From positions 177,733-217,732 of the forward strand of contig NZ_BAEO01000027.1 of the NCBI RefSeq assembly GCF_000314995.1: a stretch of 40,000 nucleotides of DNA, written 5' to 3'. A program made the position numbers and the translations under genes. The stretch comes from Paraglaciecola arctica BSs20135 (GTDB lineage: Bacteria > Pseudomonadota > Gammaproteobacteria > Enterobacterales > Alteromonadaceae). Below are positions 32,820 through 40,000 of this stretch, one piece after another; the first letter of the stretch is position 1, and each line of letters opens with the position of its first letter. The notes beneath the pieces were generated by a model that was given only the letters and a program-made list of their open reading frames with translations, made no database searches and was not told the origin of the DNA.

Positions 32820-33873
32820 AGACACGGACTCCATTGGCGAAGGATTGCAAAATTTCTGGTTTAAGTATGCCACAAGGTATTTGCATACTAATACAATGCA
32901 AGCTACCAAACTGTTGAACTAATGGCAGGCAATTTATCGGCACTATAGTAAATTCTGGGTAGGCTGTTTGCATTATTTGCATAGCTAACTTATCTTCTGG
33001 TTGTTGATAAATAGGGCACAGAATATGTTGGTTAGAAATCAAAAAATTGGCATAGGAAGCAGGAAGTCTGTCGCCATGTGAATTAACTATCTGTGGTAAC
33101 GGTAATTCAAATATTTGGTGAGTGGGTAACACTTGCTGACATTCTTTAACTAAGGCGGCTAACCCAATAAAATGGCTGTCTTCTGGGCGATTAAAAGCCG
33201 ATTGAATAACCAGACCATTATCTGGCGTAAAACGTACTAAGGTATCAATATGCCCGTCAGTATCGTCACCTTCTAGATGCCCATTTTGTAAAATAATACT
33301 TTGTTTAGCGCCCAGAAAATTCTGAAAGACTTGCTGATATTCTGCAATAGACTTATTACCATTTCGTTTAGGATTAGTCAGGCAAAGTTCGGTAGATAAC
33401 AAAGTGCCATATTGATCAATTTCTAATGCCCCACCTTCCACTACTAAATCAACTGATTTAATTGCTTGCTGACATAGTTGGCTGAGTACATCTTGATTAA
33501 TCTTATTGTCTTTAGCTGCATCAAATTTTTGTCCCCAACCATTAAAAGCAAATTCGATTGGTTGCAAAGCTGATTCATTTGCACAGCTTAAAAAGCCGTA
33601 GTCTCTTATCCAAGTATCATTGTAATCAGCTTTGACTACTAATATTTGCGCTGATTTATTTAGTTTGTTCAAACAATTTTTGATTTCGCTACTGCGTACT
33701 AACAACACAACATTAGTTTTAGCTTGGTTGAGTGATTCAATGATCTTTAGATAAACGTTTTGCACGTCATCAAGCCAAGGCTTCCAATCGGTATGTTGAT
33801 CCGGCCATACCAGCATAACGGCGTCTTGTTGAGTCCACTCGGGTAACAGTTGGTAATTGTCAGTCATGCACAT
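32806..33873 (-). CDS. aguA: Agmatine deiminase
   Basis: The 355-aa ORF has PEWTQQDAVMLVWP, TWIRDYG, LEGDDTDGHIDTLVRF and a C-terminal catalytic-Cys block (GSLHCISMQ). Confidence 0.9.
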   Translation of the reverse strand: MCMTDNYQLLPEWTQQDAVMLVWPDQHTDWKPWLDDVQNVYLKIIESLNQAKTNVVLLVRSSEIKNCLNKLNKSAQILVVKADYNDTWIRDYGFLSCANESALQPIEFAFNGWGQKFDAAKDNKINQDVLSQLCQQAIKSVDLVVEGGALEIDQYGTLLSTELCLTNPKRNGNKSIAEYQQVFQNFLGAKQSIILQNGHLEGDDTDGHIDTLVRFTPDNGLVIQSAFNRPEDSHFIGLAALVKECQQVLPTHQIFELPLPQIVNSHGDRLPASYANFLISNQHILCPIYQQPEDKLAMQIMQTAYPEFTIVPINCLPLVQQFGSLHCISMQIPCGILKPEILQSFANGVRVYEEK

Positions 33874-34460
33874 AGTTCATTAAGAAATTTTGAGGATTAT
33901 AATACCTAACTCGAACTTGGGATAAGGAATGTCGAAATATTTTTAAATTAGTTTAAATATCGAATAAATAGAGTACACCAAGCGCCATGGTGATGCCATT
34001 TTTAGGGACAGTGCCAGTAATTATTATCAACTTGCAATGTTGAAACGTTTTAATAATCAACTTTATAACGTCAACAATCGAAATTGATGCTGACTTAATA
34101 TTGTCGATGCATGGCTTATTGGACAAAAGGTAATTTGTAATTTGGCTTAAAATTTACTTTGTGGCTTAAAAACCGTTAACAACCAGAAACAAATGCAGAT
34201 TTATTGGGCTTTTGGTGCGTGTATTTACGGTTCATTTAGATTGATTTTAGTGTTTATTTGGTTTTTTAAGTTGTTTTGGGTATAAGTGGATTTTAAAAAG
34301 CTATAATTTTCAATCGCTTGAAGTTGACACATAAATTTAACTCTTTGTTTTACATGATATTTACTCGTTTTACACAATAAAACCACAGAAATCTATTGGT
34401 TGATCAGTCATAACTACACTGCGGGTTTTGGCCGTAATTGTAAATAACTGGAGAATACTG

Positions 34461-34784
34461 ATGAAAAAACTAATCGCATTATCAATGATTTTTTGTGCAC
34501 TTAATGCCAGTGCAAAACTCGGTTCGGCCGATGATGAAGTAAAATATGCTGGGGATTTGGATTACAGTAATTTTTGCGAAGCGGTAGTTAAAGATGATGT
34601 CAATATGCTTAAACGCAACGTTAGAAGCAAAATAGGTCTAGTGTCTAGTAGTTCTCAAGGTGTATTAAGAAAACTCATCGCTGCCAATGGTGCGGGCATG
34701 GCTTGTAATGGTGTCGATTTAGTTTCATTTTCAGAGCAACGCAAAGCATCACAAGTATATAAATACCTTTCTAATGTTAAGTAA
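34461..34784 (+). CDS. Small secreted protein of unknown function
   Basis: I prefer the start MKKLIALSMIFCALNASA (a clean Sec signal peptide) with the SD GGAGAA upstream. The ORF-track start at 34428 adds 11 residues without an SD. Confidence 0.6.
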   Translation: MKKLIALSMIFCALNASAKLGSADDEVKYAGDLDYSNFCEAVVKDDVNMLKRNVRSKIGLVSSSSQGVLRKLIAANGAGMACNGVDLVSFSEQRKASQVYKYLSNVK

Positions 34785-34808
34785 ATTGTATTTAGAAAAT
34801 AGTAATGT

Positions 34809-34841
34809 CAGTCCATAACTTGTTAATGAGGTTATGGACTG
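34809..34841. terminator. Hairpin between convergent genes
   Basis: A perfect 11-bp stem, CAGTCCATAAC (34809-34819) / GTTATGGACTG (34831-34841). The right arm overlaps the stop codon of the lipoprotein gene. Confidence 0.45.
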
Positions 34842-35278
34842 GTTCTACTGTCATTACGTTTTTGACAGGCGGCTGCAACTAGTTGGTTGAAAGTTGCTGC
34901 ATATTGATACAATTGTTTACGTAAACGTAATTCGTCTTCTGACCTCAATGCATCACTACTATCGGCCATTAGTCTGTAACCACATTGTTGTTGAAGTGTG
35001 GATGATCCCTCGTTAATGCCAGGAAAAGTGGTGACTCTGCCTGCAAAAGCCAATAAAGTGAAATCTTGTTTTTCAATAGCGAAATTGGCATCGGCTTTAG
35101 GATCTGCATAGGGTAGCCACTTGATAATAGCGGTTTGGCTAAGCTCAATATCCTGTTTTTGATTATCTTGAGTTACCTCAGATGTTTGAGATAAAAAAGA
35201 TGAATTGGTTTGACTACAACCAAGAGATAAACAACTTATCGCAGCGATAAACATTAAAGGGGATATACGGTTATTCAT
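34832..35278 (-). CDS. Lipoprotein of unknown function, translationally coupled to the upstream metalloprotease gene
   Basis: It has a signal peptide with a lipobox (ISCLSLG-C-SQ). Its ATG (35276-35278) overlaps the protease stop (35271-35273) by 8 nt in total. Confidence 0.7.
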   Translation of the reverse strand: MNNRISPLMFIAAISCLSLGCSQTNSSFLSQTSEVTQDNQKQDIELSQTAIIKWLPYADPKADANFAIEKQDFTLLAFAGRVTTFPGINEGSSTLQQQCGYRLMADSSDALRSEDELRLRKQLYQYAATFNQLVAAACQKRNDSRTSP

Positions 35279-38200
35279 AACGGCCCTTATTAATTGATTG
35301 ATATAGCTTTACAGAAAAACAAAGAAAAGACAAAAAACTTAACAGTAACATACTCCCCCCGCCAGAATCACCTGAGTCCCCTGAAACTACAGGAACCGAA
35401 TTAACTTGAACATTCAGGCTAGCTTCGTCTGTTAATGTGCCGTCTGATATAACATAGATTATAGATTCGTTGCCTGTAAACCCGGCTGCTGGAGTATAAG
35501 TTAATTGTTGATTTAATACTGCTACCTGTCCTTCACCAGTATAGCTAAATGATGTGATACTGAGCTCATCTAGATCCACATCAGTATCGTTACTTAATAC
35601 GTTAATAACCGTAGTATCACTATTTTGTTGGATCGAAGCTGTATCGTCATTAGCAATGGGGGCGTCATTGAGTGCTGTTACTTGCACCTGAAATGTTAAT
35701 ACGTTGCTATCTAATTCACCATCGTTCACGAACACCATTGCGTTTAAGGTGCCATTAAAGTTAGCGTTAGGTGTAAGTGTTTGTTCACTTACACTATAGT
35801 TTTCTCCGTTTTGGATTGTCAGGGAGAAGTCTCCTGGATAGTCGGAATCAGGGTCAATTACTTTTATATCAGTAAAATCAAATTGCCGTTGTGAGTCTTC
35901 GTTGATACTCAAAATATCCAGACTGTCGGAGCTAGCTATAGGCGCGTCATTGACTGCCACTACTAGTACTTGAAGTATCAATAGGTTGCTGTCCAATTCT
36001 CCGTCATTAACAACCACCTTCACAGCTAAGACTCCATTAAAATTGGTATCAGGTGTCAGAGTTTGTTGATCAATACTGTAGTTATCGCCGTCTTGGATTG
36101 TCAGAGTAAAGTCTTCTGGATAGGCTGAGTCAGGATCAACAATAGTTAAATCGCTAAAATCAATGATCCGCTGTGAGTCTTCGTTAAGGCTTATGCTGGA
36201 CTGATTATTTACTGTCACAACAGGAGCATCATTAACTGCTAAAACTTGTACTTGAAGGGTAAATACGTTGCTGTCCAATCCCCCATCATTAACGGTTACT
36301 GGCACTGTTAAGGTGCCATAAAAGTCGGCATCAGGCGTCAAAATTTGTTGATTTACAGTATAGTTGTTGCCTTCTTGGATCGTCAGGGTGAAGTCTTGTG
36401 GATAGGCCGAGTCGGGATCAGTTACATTTAAATCAGCAAGATCAATTTGTCGCTGTGAATCTTCGTTAAGGCTAATAACATTCTGACTATTTATTAAGGG
36501 GGCAACTGGGTCAAGGTCAATAATAGCAAAGGTTTGGTCGCTGACAGCGTAAAAGACGTTGTCGCTACATCTTAAGACCAGTCTTGCTGCTGCACTGCTA
36601 ATATTAGGTGCTCTAACGATTTGCTGCCCGTCATTGGGCGTTTTTAAAAGTACTGTGGTTTCTATAGGATTATTGACATCAGCAATAACTAAAATATCCA
36701 CATTGGCACAGTTGATGGGGGCTGTGAGTGTATCCCCCATATTCCAAGTCACTGCTTGCTCAAAAAGTGCCTGCCATTCATTTGGTGTAGCAATACTGAA
36801 CGTTTGGCTAGTGTTGGCCACAGTAATGACTACATCTTGTTGGTTTACGCCGCCATTGTTGTCTCTAGCGGTCAACCTAAAGCGCATATCCCTGTCGGTA
36901 GTGGCATAAGTTTCGCCTTTGGTGGTTTGGCCTCTAAGCACGTCACTTAACTTAGGAAAGTAACGTTGTGCTATACCTACTGGGCTAAAAGAACGAAAAA
37001 GTGGGTTGCTGCCATTATCGATATTCATTTCGGCAAGGCTACTCGTTGCTCCTAAAGTCCCTCCATTGTCAAACTGTTCCCAAGTGAAGCTAAGGAAGTC
37101 GTTATTAGCATCAGTTGCAGTAGCGCTTAACACAAAAGGCGTGGCAGCCGGGATTGTATAAGCATTTTGTGGCAACTGAATTTTTGGGATGGCGTTTTCA
37201 ATTTCAACCTCAACACCACAGCGTCGTCCAGAGAAACTTTCAACATAGGTACGGATTTCTTGAATTGATATTGAATGAAAATAAGGGTCGCTATCATCTT
37301 GTATATTTTGTGAGCCACAAATACCTGCATAAGACATAATAGTGGAGCCGCTGCCGGGTTCGAATGCAGAGTCAATGGAGCGTCCATTTTGCTCACAATT
37401 AGAAGAATTAGTCGCATTAAAAGTATGTCCTGCTCCCAATTGATGCCCTAATTCATGGGCGACCAAATCAATATAAAATCGTTCACCCTGAGGATTGTCT
37501 AAGCCTGTATAGCCTTGGGCTTTGAATTGGCTGTTACATACCACTCCTACGTAAGCTAACCCGCCACCATTTGTGCCTAATACATGGCCAATATCATAGT
37601 TTTGATTACCTATAGCTTGGTCAACAACACTCTGATTTTCTTCAATATCAGTGGCTGCATCAGTATTAGTGTATGGGTCAGTGGCTGCATCAAAAAAGAT
37701 TATGTCTTGGTTATCAACCAATTCAAATTGTATTGCTAAATCAACTAACACAACCTGATTGATGCGGTTAACCAAATTCATTAATTCCGCTATAACGTTT
37801 TGGGTTGTTCCTCCTAACTTTTGGGTGTATTCACCTGTTGTACTAATGGCCAGCGAATAAGTACGTACTTTATCGCCAGTGGTGACTAACTTTTGGGCTA
37901 ATTCAGGCCCTGCTATCTGTTCTTCAGCTAGTAAAAAATCAGCTGTAAGTGTGGCTTTTTCTGACTTGGAAGGCGCATCTTTGTACCAATAACTCGCATA
38001 TTCAATTGCCTCACCTTGATACCTCGGCGATAACAACATCCACTGGTTGTTGTACCGAAAAAAACCAAACAAGCCTAGATGAGAAATACTAAACCGTCCT
38101 ATATTTTGGGGTTGGTCAACCTGCTGAGCTTGATAGGCCATAAAGTTAGGGTATTGTTTGGCCAAATCTTCACTTAAAATGGGGGAAGGACTCAATTTGA

Positions 38201-38474
38201 CAGTTATACTCAAGCCGTTAGGAAGAGGAACAGTGATTTCAGTGGCTAAATTTAGATTAGAGAACTTGTTGGTCAATAAAGATTGGTTTATCTGTATGTA
38301 CCTAGCTTTGTCAGCCAAAACACGTAGGGGTTTGATGTGTTCTGATTTAGCGAGGGGAGACTTTTCTTGCCATAAGGTTTCGCCTTGAATAGAAAAATTG
38401 ATAAAACTGAGGGTTAATAACAAAAAAAACTGACGAATAATTATGCCCATTGCTGGGGTCACTAAAGTTTGCAT
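35271..38474 (-). CDS. Secreted reprolysin-like (metzincin) zinc metalloprotease with tandem cadherin/VCBS-like repeats and a GlyGly-CTERM-type sorting tail
   Basis: It has an N-terminal signal peptide, the zinc motif HELGHQLGAGH (nt 37425-37457), the Met-turn STIMSY, three 94-aa repeats plus a fourth related domain, and the C-terminus SGDSGGGSMLLLSFLSFLCFSVKLYQSINKGRYE. Confidence 0.85.
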   Translation of the reverse strand: MQTLVTPAMGIIIRQFFLLLTLSFINFSIQGETLWQEKSPLAKSEHIKPLRVLADKARYIQINQSLLTNKFSNLNLATEITVPLPNGLSITVKLSPSPILSEDLAKQYPNFMAYQAQQVDQPQNIGRFSISHLGLFGFFRYNNQWMLLSPRYQGEAIEYASYWYKDAPSKSEKATLTADFLLAEEQIAGPELAQKLVTTGDKVRTYSLAISTTGEYTQKLGGTTQNVIAELMNLVNRINQVVLVDLAIQFELVDNQDIIFFDAATDPYTNTDAATDIEENQSVVDQAIGNQNYDIGHVLGTNGGGLAYVGVVCNSQFKAQGYTGLDNPQGERFYIDLVAHELGHQLGAGHTFNATNSSNCEQNGRSIDSAFEPGSGSTIMSYAGICGSQNIQDDSDPYFHSISIQEIRTYVESFSGRRCGVEVEIENAIPKIQLPQNAYTIPAATPFVLSATATDANNDFLSFTWEQFDNGGTLGATSSLAEMNIDNGSNPLFRSFSPVGIAQRYFPKLSDVLRGQTTKGETYATTDRDMRFRLTARDNNGGVNQQDVVITVANTSQTFSIATPNEWQALFEQAVTWNMGDTLTAPINCANVDILVIADVNNPIETTVLLKTPNDGQQIVRAPNISSAAARLVLRCSDNVFYAVSDQTFAIIDLDPVAPLINSQNVISLNEDSQRQIDLADLNVTDPDSAYPQDFTLTIQEGNNYTVNQQILTPDADFYGTLTVPVTVNDGGLDSNVFTLQVQVLAVNDAPVVTVNNQSSISLNEDSQRIIDFSDLTIVDPDSAYPEDFTLTIQDGDNYSIDQQTLTPDTNFNGVLAVKVVVNDGELDSNLLILQVLVVAVNDAPIASSDSLDILSINEDSQRQFDFTDIKVIDPDSDYPGDFSLTIQNGENYSVSEQTLTPNANFNGTLNAMVFVNDGELDSNVLTFQVQVTALNDAPIANDDTASIQQNSDTTVINVLSNDTDVDLDELSITSFSYTGEGQVAVLNQQLTYTPAAGFTGNESIIYVISDGTLTDEASLNVQVNSVPVVSGDSGDSGGGSMLLLSFLSFLCFSVKLYQSINKGRYE
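35655..36500 (-). repeat. Three in-frame tandem copies of a 282-bp (94-aa) unit inside the protease gene
   Basis: The anchor string CG(C/T)TGTGA recurs at 36451, 36169 and 35887, exactly 282 nt apart. The peptide units start ISLNEDSQRQIDLADL / ISLNEDSQRIIDFSDL / LSINEDSQRQFDFTDI. The outer boundaries are approximate. Confidence 0.8.
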
Positions 38475-38538
38475 ATATACCTCTAAGACTACTTAAATAC
38501 TGTAAAACGGCGAATACATTAGCTTTACATCTACAAGG

Positions 38539-39210
38539 TTAATTAACTTTGCATGCAAGTAAGCTTTCAATCTGTTGAATGGCAAATTCTACTTGGGCTA
38601 TTTGTTCTGAATCCGATAAGGCAAAGTCTAACCCTAAAATACTTTTGATGTGAAACTCGCTTTTTAAAAGATTAAAAAAAGTCACTGCATATTTATATGC
38701 TAATTCTTCAGTAATTGGCTGCTCTGCAAACTTTAAAAAACACTTTACCAAATAATCCAAGATATGTTTGGGGCCGGCTTGGTAAAATAATTCAGCTACT
38801 CTTGGGTTGCTATTTACTTCACCTATTATGATCCGATACATGGAAATCACTTTGTCGTCATGCAATATCTTAACTATCTGCAGACCTCTTTCGCGCAAAA
38901 GCTGAATTAAACCATAGCTTGCACCCTCTAAGGGTCTATCATCTAGCCGGTACTCGGCGCACTTATCCTCAATTACGGCTAAGAATAATGCTTCTTTATT
39001 GCTAAAATGCGAATAAACAGTTTGCTTTGAAACACCTGATTGTTTGGCTACCATTTCCATAGAGCAACCACTAAAACCAAATTCCAAAAAAAGGTCACTG
39101 GCTGCTTCTAGCACTTGTATACGCTTTTCCGCACTTTTTGGCCTTCCAGCCTTCTTTGTCTCTTTATTCAACAATGATAAACCTCCTCTGATACTAAAAA
39201 GTATTTGCAA
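38539..39210 (-). CDS. TetR/AcrR-family transcriptional regulator
   Basis: It has an N-terminal HTH (ILEAASDLFLEFGFSGCSMEMVAKQSGVSKQTVYSHFSNKEALF) and is divergent from an efflux adaptor gene. The exact start is uncertain. Confidence 0.88.
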   Translation of the reverse strand: MQILFSIRGGLSLLNKETKKAGRPKSAEKRIQVLEAASDLFLEFGFSGCSMEMVAKQSGVSKQTVYSHFSNKEALFLAVIEDKCAEYRLDDRPLEGASYGLIQLLRERGLQIVKILHDDKVISMYRIIIGEVNSNPRVAELFYQAGPKHILDYLVKCFLKFAEQPITEELAYKYAVTFFNLLKSEFHIKSILGLDFALSDSEQIAQVEFAIQQIESLLACKVN

Positions 39211-39239
39211 CCTTCATATTAAATACTATTATATATCAA

Positions 39240-39254
39240 ACTAGACGGTCTAGT
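39240..39254. promoter_or_regulatory. Candidate TetR operator palindrome
   Basis: ACTAGAC-G-GTCTAGT has perfect 7-bp arms. It lies in the 85-nt divergent region between the TetR gene and the adaptor gene. Confidence 0.45.
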
Positions 39255-39295
39255 ATTTAAATATTTTTGATCTCATCATAGCCAATAGGAATTTT

Positions 39296-40000
39296 ATGAC
39301 AAGTACTAATCAGCTGCCACAACAGCCAGGCTATAAAAAACATTTGGTTTGGTTGATCGCGCTTATCGCTTTGATTGCCTTAGTGTTATTAATGAAAGCA
39401 TCTGGCACTGGACAGACACAGCAAGCACCTATTGTAGCTAAAAAACACCTAGTCAATGTTATGCCTATTAAATGGCATGAGCAATATGTGCAAAAACGTT
39501 TAGTTGTTGGTCGTGCAGAAGCTCCCCAGACTGCGGCAATAGGTTTCGATTTAGCCGGCTCTGTCGTGAATATGTTGGTTGATGAAGGGCAAACAGTCAC
39601 TCAAGGGCAAATATTAGCTGAATTAGATGATGCAAGGTTTAGAGCCCAAATGATTGAGTTATCTGCTATTTTGAAACGCGCTAATTCAGAAGCTAATTTG
39701 GCCAAGTTATCACTTAAGCGAGTGGCTGAATTGGTAGCCAAAAAACTAGAGTCAGCTCAGCGTTTGGACGAAACAACTGAATCAGTAAATGCCGCCAATG
39801 CATTTGCTGATGAAATTTTAGCCCGTAAGCAAACGCTGCAAATTGAAATAAGTAAAACTAAGTTGCGGGCGCCTTTTGATGGCAGTGTTGTTAGCCGTTT
39901 AGTTGATAAAGGCACTGTAGTTGCCACAGGGCAAACTTTATTTACTCTGCAACAAAATGGTCAATTGGAGGTTAGGTTTGCACTTTCGGCTGACTACACA
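39296..40000 (+). CDS. RND/MFP-family efflux periplasmic adaptor subunit (3' end beyond window)
   Basis: This gene is not in the ORF track because there is no stop codon in the window. My translation from the ATG at 39296 (AGGA 7 nt upstream) is MTSTNQLPQQPGYKKHLVWLIALIALIALVLLMK...GRAEAPQTAAIGFDLAGSVVNMLVDEGQTVTQGQILAELD...KTKLRAPFDGSVVSRLVDKGTVV. It shows a membrane anchor, a lipoyl-like hairpin and a coiled coil typical of HlyD/AcrA-type adaptors. Confidence 0.85.
   Translation, partial: MTSTNQLPQQPGYKKHLVWLIALIALIALVLLMKASGTGQTQQAPIVAKKHLVNVMPIKWHEQYVQKRLVVGRAEAPQTAAIGFDLAGSVVNMLVDEGQTVTQGQILAELDDARFRAQMIELSAILKRANSEANLAKLSLKRVAELVAKKLESAQRLDETTESVNAANAFADEILARKQTLQIEISKTKLRAPFDGSVVSRLVDKGTVVATGQTLFTLQQNGQLEVRFALSADYT

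Noticed and set aside
32820-32909. The long N-terminal extension of aguB (ORF-track start at 32909, peptide MVACIVLVCKYLVAYLNQKFCNPSPMESVS).
   Set aside because: It would overlap the 3' end of aguA by 104 nt, and it is absent from the conserved amidase core. The internal Met giving MKKSSLKVGVVQQ matches how this family normally begins.
34193-34285. A 30-codon hydrophobic mini-ORF (MQIYWAFGACIYGSFRLILVFIWFFKLFWV) in the long aguA-upstream gap.
   Set aside because: It has no SD or other start context. T-rich DNA readily yields Phe/Leu/Ile-rich pseudo-peptides, so the evidence is too weak to call a gene.
36559-37417. ORFs 36559..36909, 36756..36950, 37154..37339 (+) and 37127..37417 (-), plus 38158..38388 (+), inside the metalloprotease gene.
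   Set aside because: They are shadow or out-of-frame ORFs within a 1067-aa gene that has a zinc motif and repeats. There is no independent support for them.
39331-39600. An 89-aa minus-strand ORF in the ORF track.
   Set aside because: It is antisense to the plus-strand efflux adaptor gene. That gene is missing from the track only because it has no stop codon within the window, and its translation is clearly HlyD/MFP-like.
1-40000. A search by eye for CRISPR arrays, tRNA/rRNA genes, IS elements, integrases or phage genes that would mark the catabolic island or the GTPase operon as mobile.
   Set aside because: I found no regularly spaced short repeats, no tRNA-like cloverleaf candidates in the intergenic regions, and no transposase- or integrase-like ORFs. 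Mobility of either region cannot be supported from this window. A GC-skew or codon-usage computation would be needed to look for compositional boundaries.

Overview
This is an AT-rich chromosomal segment that reads like a marine Alteromonadales-type gammaproteobacterium. That guess rests on gene content only: a GlyGly-CTERM protease, a BacNaV channel, a lone HMG-CoA reductase and TonB-receptor-linked catabolism. I support about 36 protein genes. I see no rRNA, tRNA, CRISPR array, transposase or integrase. Layout: (1) 1-5000 holds tolC (5' truncated by the window edge), an orphan class-I-type HMG-CoA reductase, a BacNaV-type voltage-gated channel with an acidic FEDWTD filter, and a short malic enzyme. 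(2) 5130-22335 is a ~17 kb catabolic island. It has three transcription units that share an AAACA-N-TGTTT palindrome and encodes an MFS transporter, a Rieske oxygenase (apparently frameshifted), two different ferredoxins, a ferredoxin reductase, a TonB-dependent receptor, two SDRs, a cupin, an alpha/beta hydrolase, a VOC dioxygenase, a ThDP enzyme, an AspDH-like protein, an aldehyde dehydrogenase and an IclR regulator. (3) 22410-27464 is a tight four-gene operon: coiled-coil protein, then Roadblock-like/TM/OmpA anchor, then Ras-like GTPase, then PAS-GGDEF(degenerate)-EAL. This is my best candidate for an undescribed system, a conservon-like GTPase switch that is wall-anchored and has c-di-GMP hydrolysis as its output. 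(4) 27713-34784 is housekeeping and DUF genes: hemH, DUF819, DUF4112, DUF2237, GST, aguBA and a small secreted protein. (5) 34832-38474 holds a lipoprotein translationally coupled to a 1067-aa metzincin carrying three 282-bp tandem repeats and a GlyGly-CTERM tail. (6) 38539-40000 holds a TetR regulator, a palindromic operator and the 5' part of an RND adaptor gene. All calls come from reading the translations and DNA by eye; no searches or computations were run.
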